The notes beneath the pieces were generated by a model that was not told where the DNA came from, ran no database searches, and worked only from the letters and a program-made list of their open reading frames with translations. Below, piece after piece: positions 33,544 through 44,433 of a stretch of DNA of 64,000 nucleotides (position 1 is the stretch's first letter; each line of letters begins with the position of its first letter). Position numbers and translations under genes: made by a program. The DNA comes from Setoptus koraiensis (taxonomy: Eukaryota > Animalia > Arthropoda), in contig CM106586.1 of NCBI GenBank assembly GCA_048013815.1, positions 11,594,001-11,658,000 on the forward strand. The letters are read 5' to 3'.

Positions 33544-33596
33544 GTTGTGCCATTTCGGGTTTTTTTTTTATTTTGGGTCTTCAATTTTCAAAACTC
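33544..33596 (+). repeat. Dispersed repeat family, short copy A
   Basis: GTTGTGCCATTTCGGG...TTATTTTGGGTCTTCAATT resembles the first motif of the copies at 53795, 59740 and 63396. Confidence 0.5.
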
Positions 33597-33815
33597 GGCC
33601 TCATGTGTGGAAAAGAAACGGCGTAATTTATCAAAGTCATCAACCGCTTGATAAATATTCATTGCTAGGCTCACAAGTTCTGAACGTTGAAAAAATCGGA
33701 CACTAGTGGTTCGCTTTCAAAATTGAGGCTTCTTCGAGCAAGACTCTGTTTCTTAAGAGACTTCCGGTTTCCACCAATGAGTCTGTGTAACAGTGGTTGC
33801 TTGTACGATGAAAGT

Positions 33816-34218
33816 TCAATCTCTCTCATATTTTCCCACAATACTTCGACAATTTTCACACCTGTGTAAGATGTCTTTAGAGAAATCCGTAATGCATGGG
33901 ATGCACATGCAAGGGATGGTTACTATAGAGGTGTATCAAGTTTGGAAAAAAAATATGTTATCTGATTAGGCAATGAGCATATGCATAGGCCATATAGGAT
34001 ATAATAACGATAGTGCACTCACCGATACACAAGCATAAAAGAACGCTAAGCATGATGGTGCTCATTCCAACCACTGGCTCAAGGTAGGTGAGAGTTTCTC
34101 TCTGGCACGTTGGACACATGACTCTACACGGATAAGGTCCGAACATCAGTTGATGGGGTCGCTGTCTATTCCCTCTCAGCGCATAAAACATAAACATATG
34201 GGACATATGATGATCCAT
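33816..34218 (-). CDS. LITAF: LITAF-domain protein 1, 2 exons (34218-34023, 33922-33816)
   Basis: FGPYPCRVMCPTCQ...hydrophobic stretch|VTIPCMCIP...KDILHRCENCRSIVGKYERD*. Phase-1 GTGAGT donor and CTATAG acceptor restore the complete CxxC...HxCxxC domain. Confidence 0.9.
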
Positions 34219-34932
34219 GTTTGAATCTAAATTAAATTATTGCAGTAATGTGTGATTATATCAGTGGTACGAGTTCTTATTGTTGAAGATTGCTTGCTGT
34301 CAAAGAGTGTACTTTTATTCACAATTTGTCAGTGATGTTTCGAGTGCGAGTCAGTGGTGTCAATTATATGAATGCGTTGCTGCAAATTATGACAATAGAT
34401 TTATCGTTGCTAAACGGGTGCTAATTAATCATTTTTAATGATTGGCACGAGACTGATACGTAGCATAATGAGAGCTTGAAGGTTCTCGTCCTCGCTCACT
34501 CTCACCCTCTCTCTTTTTCTCTCTGTCCCACTCGAGTGAAACTAAGCGCTAGCTTGTTGAAGCTTTCCTAACTCCTTGCTGAACTCAGCTCAACTTCACT
34601 GGTGTTTCGTGTGGTAATTAGTTCAGTCAAACATACAACTCGATGATGTCATAACCGTCAGCTTCACACTAAGATATCCCCATGATGGTAGACTGCCTCC
34701 ATATTGCAACGTCCGCTCTGCCTGCAATCTGCCCGTCGCTGTTGGTACAATCAGTCGTTGCTTACTTTTGAAATGTCGTTTCAGACTGTTCACTCCTAAT
34801 ATTTCATGTGTATGAGAGCGAACCTTCGCATTTACTTTTGTGAGTGGTTGTTTCTAAATAAAATAGTAGTATTTTGTTCATGACATTGAATAGTGTAAGA
34901 ATGCCACTTCTTGTTAATGTATTGTTATCACA

Positions 34933-35330
34933 TTAACCTATATCATTCAAGTATTTACCAATAATATTTCCGCAATCCGGACACCTATGAACGATATCTT
35001 TGCAGCAATCAACAACGCATGGTAGGAACACGAAGGGAATGACTGTAGAAATAAAAAAAATCGTTTTATCATTGAGTAATGAGTGCGTTCGTGAGCCATA
35101 TAGGATATAGTAGCGACAGTATACTTACACACAACGGTGAGGCAAAGGAGGACGCTCCATCCGATGTTATTGCTTCCAATTTCTCTCTCAAGGATGGTGA
35201 GAACTTCTTTTTTGCACACAGCACACTTGGCTCTAGTCGGATAAGGTCCGAAATTCAGTTGATCGGGTCTTTGTCTATTCCTACGTATTTCTCGATATAT
35301 TAAGAAATCCATGGCATCAGGTAATCCCAT
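34933..35330 (-). CDS. LITAF: LITAF-domain protein 2, 2 exons (35330-35129, 35042-34933)
   Basis: FGPYPTRAKCAVCK...|FIPFVFLPCVVDCCKDIVHRCPDCGNIIGKY. Phase-1 GTAAGT donor and CTACAG acceptor at the same position as in paralog 1. Confidence 0.9.
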
Positions 35331-35775
35331 AGTTTATTGGGCTCTGGACCAAATTATTGCAATCGCGTTATCAGTTGTATGAGCTCAGATTGTTGGCAAT
35401 CACTTGCTGTCAGGCTTATTATTTTGATGAGTAGTTCTTGGTGTGCTATAATTGCTTTTAATGCAATTATATCATTCGCGTCGACTGCCTAAATGCTTGA
35501 TTGCAACAACTCGATACAATTAGTTCGTCTTTTCTCTCGCTACTAAACATAATGCATAATGATGAATATTTGAGTAGTTATGATTAAGACAATACGGAGG
35601 GCAGTAGAGAGAGATTCTGCCATTTTCCATCACGAGGATAACTGAGCGCGTCAATCTGCTGAATCTTAATTATCGTTGTCAGCTCCATGTGATTAATTCA
35701 ATTTTGAATACTGCCAATCAGTGCTAAGGGTGAAATTAAGCACTGATAACTTTTCGTATTCAAACAACGTTCAAC

Positions 35776-35865
35776 TTGGCACATATATATATATATACTA
35801 CACATACATATATACTATACACCATATACATACACTATACATATACTTTACATATACTATATATA

Positions 35866-35902
<37 letters not shown>

Positions 35903-35906
35903 TATA
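35776..35906. repeat. (TA)n/(TACA)-rich microsatellite
   Basis: Directly visible. Confidence 0.9.
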
Positions 35907-36933
35907 TTGCGAACCTTGGATTCATCTTCATTCAGAAACAGCTATCTATGCACTTTTGATCTCGTATTCCTCAAATTGGTAATCGTTAGCGAGAATTGTG
36001 GCCGTAATTTGTCATATTTTTCCCTCAAGTGATGATACAAGATGGCACTCAAAAAGAGGAAAAAACTTTCGGCGATCTGATAACGGACCTCTTTCTGCAA
36101 CACAAAATTTGTGCCACAAATTCGACCTCGACTCAACGATTCGTGCCTACCGACCAATACAATTGTAACTCTCTCGTCTGGTTGGAAGTGAATACGAATG
36201 GTGCCATCATGATGGTGCGCTGTCATGTGTTTCGAGAAGAAAAACAAACATCACAGAATAAAGCTTCAAAGATAGTAATCAACCAAATTATATTGAGGAG
36301 AAATTATAATCTTCAAGGATGCAACAAGATAAATATGAAGACAGAATGACTGAAGAAAATGATTTCGAGTACATATCGAAGAATTCGAAAAACATGTTCG
36401 CCGGTTTACTTGAATGACTCTGGACCTATACGTGTCAACAATAGAAATTTAACCTGAGTCTCTCGTTCAGGTTCAAACAGAGAAAAATTCTGTTTATAAA
36501 TAAAAACCAATATTAGGAGTAGTGGGTCGCATCAAGATACCCGATCATGTCATAGATATAGAAGAGCAAGTGTTTTGAAAAAAGTTGGAGTGCCGCAACT
36601 GGCGTCATGATGGCTTTCTAAACATAGCATTTTTCGGCGTGATCACTATAGCGGTTAGGTGGTGCACTTAAATGCATGACACTTTAGTCACTACGAGAAT
36701 AGAATATTATGTCGAAAGTGTAAATGTGTATTGTAACTATACATACATAATTCAGCGAAATTTTCAAATTCTCGTTCGCAGATACATTAGAGAATACAAA
36801 ACTTGCTGAGATAGAAAAGTTATGTGGCAGATGAGATAATTCTTTGCACAGTTTCACTTTATTATTAAAAATTTAACAATAACATATCCATTAGCACATC
36901 TCGTCTGTTATTATTTGTAAGCATAAAGCAAAG

Positions 36934-38274
36934 ATGGTAGCTTGTTTGAAAGGATACAAGTCAATTTTGGCGATAGCAGTAATTCTGTTGTCAATAAATT
37001 TGTACTTAATTGAATGTCTTCAAGCACCAAATGACGATAGAGCGCAGAGGTTCGTCGATTGGATTAAGAAAGGCTTTATGTTCGAAGACTTCGATTCATT
37101 GGCAGATTTTAAGGCTGATTTTTACAATTTAAGTATAGACACCGATGATAACATTATTAGGTGGCGCACTTCAACTGAGATGAGTCCATACTTCGAGAAT
37201 ATTTCTGTTTTTGAAAAAGTTGAAAAATTCCTCTCGCAAAAACGAATCTGCTCCAGAGATAATATTGTGAAAATAAAAGAATTCGTCGAAGAATTTGAAT
37301 TGGAACAATTTATGAGAGACAGATCTGTGACGGAAATCAATGAAAAACCTAAGAATACTGAACAAGCTTTCGCCTTTTCTTTTGGACCAATAATAAAAAT
37401 TTACCTCTACTTGGTTGCTGACGAATGTTTCAATGCATTAAAATCAAAGAAAAGACTGGAGAGAGCCGATAACGATCCAGAGATGGCAGATGCCTTGGAC
37501 ACATTCAAGCAATTCATTGATACGCCTGACAACGATATGAAGGATTGTAAAAAGCAAGAGAAAGTCGTGGTTGATTCCAGAAATTGCCTCTCTACAGAGG
37601 AAATAGACTTAAATACCGAGGAGGGTCGAAAGAGATACGGTAAGAAAATGTCGAATTTCTTGGATTTTTACCTACCAACATTCCAACAAAATAAAGATTT
37701 ATGCACAAGAATCAGCCGGGAAGTAATTGATCTTGTCCATGGCCAGCAGCGTCAAATTGACTTAAACTGGAGGCACTTGAGCGATTCTTGTGCCAGGTTG
37801 GAACGCTGGTACAAAAATACAATAGACCCCATTTCTTTCTCGTTGTCTATGACCTCCATCGAATCACAACAAAAATATCTGCAATTACTGAGGGATAATC
37901 CCCATTCAACATTGAAGAAATGGTCCGAAATATCAGCATGGTGCAATATTATATTGCGCACTGATGTTAATGTGAAGAAAGTTGGCATGAAGACAGAAAA
38001 ACAGATAATGGTTCATGCGGAACAGTTAAATACTGATGAAGATAACAAATATCTTGCCCATGTTTGGAATGATTCATTAAAATATTTAAGCCTGGGCTCG
38101 TTCATTAAGTCCCTATTCTTTTGTGCCCTCGGAAGTGTGGCTTTAGGTGTTGGCATATTTGCAATTGCAACCAAGGGTGCCGGACTAGCGATAATAGCTC
38201 TAATGAGTGGTGCGTCAGCAGTAGTTGTATCATCCTCGTCGATATCGGAAACTGTCCAGAGATGGTGCAACTAA
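36934..38274 (+). CDS. Secreted or membrane-anchored helical protein of unknown function (446 aa)
   Basis: Signal peptide (SILAIAVILLSINLYLIEC), helix-rich body with spaced Cys, and a C-terminal Gly/Ala-rich hydrophobic stretch of about 40 aa. Confidence 0.75.
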   Translation: MVACLKGYKSILAIAVILLSINLYLIECLQAPNDDRAQRFVDWIKKGFMFEDFDSLADFKADFYNLSIDTDDNIIRWRTSTEMSPYFENISVFEKVEKFLSQKRICSRDNIVKIKEFVEEFELEQFMRDRSVTEINEKPKNTEQAFAFSFGPIIKIYLYLVADECFNALKSKKRLERADNDPEMADALDTFKQFIDTPDNDMKDCKKQEKVVVDSRNCLSTEEIDLNTEEGRKRYGKKMSNFLDFYLPTFQQNKDLCTRISREVIDLVHGQQRQIDLNWRHLSDSCARLERWYKNTIDPISFSLSMTSIESQQKYLQLLRDNPHSTLKKWSEISAWCNIILRTDVNVKKVGMKTEKQIMVHAEQLNTDEDNKYLAHVWNDSLKYLSLGSFIKSLFFCALGSVALGVGIFAIATKGAGLAIIALMSGASAVVVSSSSISETVQRWCN

Positions 38275-38930
38275 ACCTACCACTAATTCTTATCCCAAGT
38301 TACGATTTCGGGAACCGCCTGAGAAAGATTTTCTCGGCAAAGAAAAGAAGAAAAAAATAAAATGAGAGAAGTGAAACAAACCACAATTAAAGATAGTTTG
38401 CATCAATTTTGAACTTGAATTCACAAATTACTAGATTTTGCTCCTCTTTAGTTGGTTGATATATAACTTTTATATGAACTTCGGAGCGGCCATTGTGCGC
38501 ATCCGATCGTTTGCATATGCCCTTTATTCACATTGCCAGTAGTCACTATGGTCTATCAGGCTCATTCAATTGAATTTATTTAGACGATGCTTTTGTACCT
38601 AGATCGTAAACTGGGCACGAGAGGCTCGTGATAAATTGTTGACTTGATTGGCGAGCACGAGACTATCGAATCACTATATTGTTTGCATGTACATGATTCC
38701 CAAGATAGGTTAGTATGCATGAAACGATTGAACAATGATTTGCATCATTTCTCTTTGTATCTAAGTTTGATCTGCATCTAAATTGAACTAGTTAGTCAGC
38801 TCTAGTCGCGAACACGAATGAAAGTAACGGTTCTCTTCACATAATTTTATAATTATTTAAAACAATTAGCCAGAGAAGAGGCTTAGTTTTACAGTTGATT
38901 TGCTAGTAATCTTAGTTGATAAGTGCAGAG

Positions 38931-40031
38931 ATGGTTCATAGTGCACCAGGTTCGCATAGACGAGCGGTATCGGGCGAAAAAGAAAGACGCCAATTGCAAA
39001 ATTTTACAAGCGAATACCACCGCTTGAAAAGCAAGGCTTTCAATATCAACCTTGTTCTTGATGAATCGGCGATAACAAGGGACCGTTGGCGTATCGACAG
39101 GAACCAACCTATTGGTCAAGGTGCATGGTGGCAAATGTACAAGGCAACTTGTCTGGATGATTCTAGAGACTACGCAATGAAAATAATAAAGATCGATGAT
39201 CTGCCTAAAGTGTATGGTCATTGCGTTGATAAGGAACATTTACATATGTATGCAAGTTTCTCGCACCCAGTGTTGGCTGTGCCAACGGCCATTTATAAGA
39301 CAGATACCAAATTTATTTACATTGTCTTAGAATTGACTGGCCACAAGACATTTATGTCGAAATATCTGGAGACTACTTCAGTTGAGATACCAGACATAAA
39401 AAAAATAGGTAGATCATTTGGTCTGGCATTGAAATATCTACATGATATGGGTATAGCGCACACAAATTGTACCTGCAACAACATCATGATGGATCATCAA
39501 TTTCACGTAAAGGTAAGCTAATTTACGTTTATACTTAATATGAATGTCGACACATAAATGCGGAATCATCCAATCGTCAGACTAATTGATAAACGACCTT
39601 ACAATTAAAATGTTTTTTTTTACCAACGCCGAATCTTATCTGACTAGCTGTTTGGATTGGAATATTTTCATCAATGCTATGACTTGGCTGGAAACAAGCA
39701 TCTCTCTTGCTTGCCTTACGGAAAGTCACCTTATCTGCCACCTGAGGTGCTTGAGAGTCCTATGAAGCTATACGATCCATGTTGTGTAGATATCTGGTTC
39801 TATGGCTGTAGTTTGTCATACATGGCCACCAGAAAATTTCCGTTTGGTGAAGCACCTACTCGACGAGAGATTGGAGAGAGAATTGCAAATTCTTCATGGA
39901 TCGCACCGGAGGATCCGGAATTAAAACAATTACTCGACAGAATATTCGTCATGGATCCAAACAACAGAATAACTGTCGGTGACATACTTTCGAGCCAATT
40001 CTTCTCAGGTATGAGACCATCTGCTCCTTAG
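38931..40031 (+). CDS. TSSK-like Ser/Thr pseudokinase, 2 exons (38931-39512, 39648-40031)
   Basis: GQGAWW, YAMKII, LKYLHDMGIAHTN, SPYLPPEV, YDP..VDIW and RITVGDIL subdomains. AAG|GTAAGC donor and GACTAG acceptor join the two ORFs in phase 0. Confidence 0.85.
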
Positions 40032-40642
40032 AAAAAAAAACATATAGATTCGTTAGTTATTCACTAGTTGTCGCCATAATATTCAGACAGCAAAAGCATT
40101 AGAAGGAACGAAACATATATATATATTATCGAATGTCAACTAAACGAAATTTCGCACCATTATATATTTATCGATTCAGAAGAATAAACAGCATCTAAAA
40201 GCATAACTGTGTATCCGTGAATTTTAACATTTCTCTGGACGATCATTCACTCTGTTTCTTCAGAAAAACCGGTTGAGGGCACTTGAAAGGCAATTTCTAT
40301 CGATTCAGATTTTTATCCCCATGTATCAATGATCCGAACGAAATCTCAAGAGGGGAGTCATTCAATGAAAAATTTCATGTTACATAAACAAGATGAACTT
40401 CTCAATCAGTTGTAGGATATGCTTTGTTGTAGGCCGATACAGCATCGTGAATGCATTTCCTTCCGGAACCTCTTTGTAACACTATTTCGATTGACTTTAA
40501 TGAGTGCAGCGAATTGGGTTACATGAAATTTTCCGAACTCGATCTTCCTGAATACATGGTTTCAGTGGCCAAGTCACCGGAAAGAAAGCCTTCGGTAGCT
40601 TGTCGAAAAGCCATTTCGACGAAGCCTTTTCAAGCTGTTCCT

Positions 40643-41244
40643 TTAGTCCTTTGGAGCGAGACGAGCCCTCTTCCCGATATCGATCTTTATGGGGCCGTTA
40701 CCGAATAACGGCCAACATACACAAATATCGTTGTAACATATTTTCCAAAGACATAGCCGGGGCACCAGGTCGGAATCGATGGACTCGGGTTCTGAGTTAG
40801 ATCCTGCCGAACTGTCGCCATCTGAATGAGATTGAGAAGAATCACCAGCGCACGAAGAGTCTTCCTGGTGGACATCATCAGAATAAGATTCTAAATGGTT
40901 CTGCGGGTTGTCATATGATGCTGGCTTTGGTCCAGGACCGTCCCTAAGCAGACGGCACTCGACCGATACAACTGATAGTGGTTATCACGGGGTACATTGT
41001 CAGAGGAGGAGTTTGCAATTTTGTACAATTGTTATTACTCAAGAAACAGTAACTTTGCAACGATAAATAGACTTGTCAAACTAACCGAAAAATATGCAAC
41101 TGCGCCGTAATAACATGGACTATGCCAAAACTTGACACAATTTATTATGTGATTGAGCTAGATAACTATCGGGTGACTATACTTACAAGTGACACATGCA
41201 AAAACCACCATCAATAACATTTTCAATCTATTGTGAGTGTCCAT
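40643..41244 (-). CDS. Secreted prepropeptide A (128 aa), 2 exons (41244-41187, 40971-40643), 4-Cys mature region; absent from the ORF track
   Basis: MDTHNRLKMLLMVVFACVT|FVSVEC-RLLRDG...acidic Ser/Asp-rich pro-region...DSDLVPR-LCLWKICYNDICVCWPLFGNGPIKIDI-GKR-ARLAPKD*. Phase-1 GTAAGT...CTATCAG intron of 215 bp. Confidence 0.75.
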
Positions 41245-42512
41245 AGGTACTAACATAGATTGCGATATTTTTTTTATTCCACAATATAATTTAGATTGTC
41301 AGCGATTTTGAAAGAACCACTAATCATGAAATGCTTTGATTAGACTGTTGAAGGTGCCGACAATTCTATCAGTAGCACGAATAGCTATCATCAGAGGCTA
41401 GAGATAATTTCATGAATGATTCAACTCAATCGTGCTATCTATCTGTCTGAGATTGAAACATCAACGCCCAATGGCTCATGCTTGATCATAGTAAAGCAGT
41501 TGGTGCTGAGAAAAAAAATTTCAGCATATCAACTTACTCTTTTCATTATAAGAGGTAGTTTTTATTGAAAAATTTCCAGTTTGGATGGACGACAACAGGG
41601 AGCATTTTAGTGGTGTTTTCATGTGGTTCATAGTTACAGAAATTGTATCGGAAAATTTCTTACGATTTTTCACTGCACATGTGACCAATCTAGTGATGGG
41701 GGGGAGCTCCCTGTTGTCGTCCATCCAAACTGGAAATTTTTCAATAAAAACTACCTCTTATAATGAAAAGAGTAAGTTGATATGCTGAAATTTTTTTTCT
41801 CAGCACCAACTGCTTTACTATGATCAAGCATGAGCCATTGGGCGTTGATGTTTCAATCTCAGACAGATAGATAGCACGATTGAGTTGAATCATTCATGAA
41901 ATTATCTCTAGCCTCTGATGATAGCTATTCGTGCTACTGATAGAATTGTCGGCACCTTCAACAGTCTAATCAAAGCATTTCATGATTAGTGGTTCTTTCA
42001 AAATCGCTGACAATCTAAATTATATTGTGGAATAAAAAAAATATCGCAATCTATGTTAGTACCTATGGACACTCACAATAGATTGAAAATGTTATTGATG
42101 GTGGTTTTTGCATGTGTCACTTGTAAGTATAGTCACCCGATAGTTATCTAGCTCAATCACATAATAAATTGTGTCAAGTTTTGGCATAGTCCATGTTATT
42201 ACGGCGCAGTTGCATATTTTTCGGTTAGTTTGACAAGTCTATTTATCGTTGCAAAGTTACTGTTTCTTGAGTAATAACAATTGTACAAAATTGCAAACTC
42301 CTCCTCTGACAATGTACCCCGTGATAACCACTATCAGTTGTATCGGTCGAGTGCCGTCTGCTTAGGGACGGTCCTGGACCAAAGCCAGCATCATATGACA
42401 ACCCGCAGAACCATTTAGAATCTTATTCTGATGATGTCCACCAGGAAGACTCTTCGTGCGCTGGTGATTCTTCTCAATCTCATTCAGATGGCGACAGTTC
42501 GGCAGGATCTAA
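40797..42512. repeat. Large inverted repeat: 807-bp arms (40797-41603 and 41706-42512) with a 102-bp spacer; older diverged inverted homology at about 40333-40557 versus 42618-42845
   Basis: Arm coordinates are mirror-symmetric (both end pairs sum to 83309) and every segment I compared was the exact reverse complement. The outer segments align with scattered mismatches. Confidence 0.95.
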
Positions 42513-42657
42513 ATCATTACGTATAGCCTTTAATTCCGAATGGGGATCCCGCAAATGTAAGGCTAAAGTATGTTATTTGTTTTTTTGTTTTTGCTATGGC
42601 GACGACGAGGGAGTAGCCATGTATTCTAGCAGATCGAGTTCCGAAAATTTCATGTAA
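42065..42657 (+). CDS. Secreted prepropeptide B (125 aa), 2 exons (42065-42122, 42338-42657), 4-Cys mature region; absent from the ORF track
   Basis: Identical to A through ...DSSAGS, then KSLRIAFNSEWGSR-KCKAKVCYLFFCFCY-GDDEGVAMYSSRSSSENFM*. Same C-x4-CY-x3-C-x-C-aromatic spacing as A. Confidence 0.72.
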
Positions 42658-42967
42658 CCCAATTCGCTGCACACATTAAAGTCAATCGAAAAAGTATTAC
42701 AAAGAGGTTCCGAAAGGAAATGCATTCACGATGCTGTATTGGTCCATGTACGAAGCATATCTTGTAACTGATTGAGAAGTTCATCTTGTTTATGTTACAT
42801 GAAATTTTTCATTGAATGACTCCCCTCTTGAGATTTCGTTCGGATGATGACTGCAAAAGAGACAGTAGGCTAGATGAGCGAGTAGTTGCAATTGAAATAT
42901 ATGATGACCGTTACCGGAAAATTTTTTACGATTTTTCATTTCACATATGACGAATGAGCTCTTTTCA

Positions 42968-43315
42968 TTGGGCCAGGCGAGCGGAGCGAGCCGGTCCTAT
43001 CAGTTGAAAATTTTCTTCTTTCCCCCTTTTGCAGCAAGAAAGTCCATAGAGTTTTCCCCTTCATCGTGTTATCGTAAATCTGTGTGCTTCAGTGGAGAAA
43101 TCGTTTGCTTTTCCTTCGTACAGTCAAAAATCCCATTCAATTTTCCCCTCCAGAAAATCAGCTGTGGTGTTCCTGTTGGTGTTAGTGTTGGTGTTCCCTT
43201 CGGGACGGTTTCTATGAGTGCCGCGGTGGGAGTGGTTGATTTTGGTGCGGGACAAAACACCCCAAAGGAACAAAAAGCGAGCTCGCCCGGCCCCTCTTCG
43301 TTAGTCAGAACGAAA
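42968..43315 (+). mobile_element. Non-autonomous Helentron-type (HINE/DINE-1-like) element, copy 2
   Basis: TT-GGGCCAGGCGA at 42968-42980, TCGCCCGGCCC at 43283-43293, then hairpin TTCGTT-agtcag-AACGAA (43297-43314). Homologous to copy 1 in the opposite orientation. Confidence 0.7.
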
Positions 43316-43542
43316 CTGTTGTTGTTTTTTATTTTTATTTTATCCCGGCATATTTTAGAGGCATGGGGCTGTCTCATGTGAAACCTGGGGAGACAGTTGT
43401 CTCACGGGCCATATCTTCATGCAATAAATAAATATTTTCCGTCGTATTTCTTTTCAAGCGAGTTCTTTTGAATTCCTGCCTCAGTTACGGAATTATCGAT
43501 ACCCAAAAAACATTAATTAGCTAAATTATTACTTATTCATAG

Positions 43543-44433
43543 ATGCAACAATTTACACTCACTTGTAGCTTACAGAAAATTTCTTGTAAGCGTATGTATG
43601 AATTGTTTAATAACTATCGCACACAAGTTATCTTAACGGTATTTCTTTTGTTACTTGCCTCACAAGTCCAATATGGCTCCTCGTGGATCTATGGTCATAA
43701 TATGGAGTTGGGAAAAACAGTGAGGGCTTCCGCGGGACAACCTATTGTTTTAAGTTGCATCATCGATATAAAAAGAGGGCAGAATGTAGTCGGTTGGACA
43801 ATTGAAAATCGCCTTAATGGTCACTTAAACTCTCCCGAGTGGCCAAAACCACTTGGACCTAGGGGTGATCATTTTATGAAAACAGATACTCCCTATTTAG
43901 TCATCAAAGATGTCACGCCATCAGATGCGGGCTTGTATACTTGTTACTACGAACAAGATTGGTTAGATAATTTCTATTTCGGATCCTACGAATGGATACT
44001 AAACATTATGTTTCCTCTTAGAGAGAATCGATTCAATTTGACGTGTCTATTCGCACATGACTCAAAATGTCTGTCTAAACAAGCATTTACTCTTGAGGTT
44101 CATTCAAGCAACAGCCCAACAGGTCATATCGGATTGGATTTTAGCTCTAGACGTGAGGAAATTTCAGGAACGACAACACTGTTCGATCAAAAAAGATATA
44201 CGCTGGTTGATGACAAAAAGGTGATAATAGAATCACAGATTTCAACAAAACCAAGTTTTTTCGCAGCGTTATACAATGCCGCTCCCAATAAATGGCTTTT
44301 AGTCATTGCAATATTATCTATACAACTAATGATAGTGGCCCTAGCGCTCTTTTATTTTATTTTCAGTGATGCCAAGGCATTATATGAGTTTTGGACAAGA
44401 AATTATCCGTCAGACACTCAGCTACGGCAGTAG
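43543..44433 (+). CDS. Single-pass membrane protein with one Ig (V-set-like) domain
   Basis: Signal-like VILTVFLLLLASQVQYG (probable start at the second Met), GQPIVLSC...W...LVIKDVTPSDAGLYTC, and C-terminal TM WLLVIAILSIQLMIVALALFYFIF. Confidence 0.85.
   Translation: MQQFTLTCSLQKISCKRMYELFNNYRTQVILTVFLLLLASQVQYGSSWIYGHNMELGKTVRASAGQPIVLSCIIDIKRGQNVVGWTIENRLNGHLNSPEWPKPLGPRGDHFMKTDTPYLVIKDVTPSDAGLYTCYYEQDWLDNFYFGSYEWILNIMFPLRENRFNLTCLFAHDSKCLSKQAFTLEVHSSNSPTGHIGLDFSSRREEISGTTTLFDQKRYTLVDDKKVIIESQISTKPSFFAALYNAAPNKWLLVIAILSIQLMIVALALFYFIFSDAKALYEFWTRNYPSDTQLRQ

Noticed and set aside
35721-36032. Ile/Tyr-rich ORFs
   Set aside because: Translations of the (TA)n microsatellite.
36029-36349. 106-aa ORF with a C...CH segment faintly like a WRKY/FAR1-type zinc finger
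   Set aside because: The motif is incomplete and there is no other transposase or promoter evidence; it cannot be supported without a search.
40687-40878. ORF MMSTRKTLRALVILLNLIQ... with a signal-like start
   Set aside because: An alternative frame overlapping prepropeptide A. Its mirror copy stops after about 31 codons and no motif is conserved between copies, whereas the spliced frame conserves the Cys pattern.
41521-41788. Mirror ORFs 41521-41724 (-) and 41585-41788 (+) with identical C-termini
   Set aside because: A by-product of the palindrome. They start at non-ATG codons and lie in the inferred promoter/spacer region.
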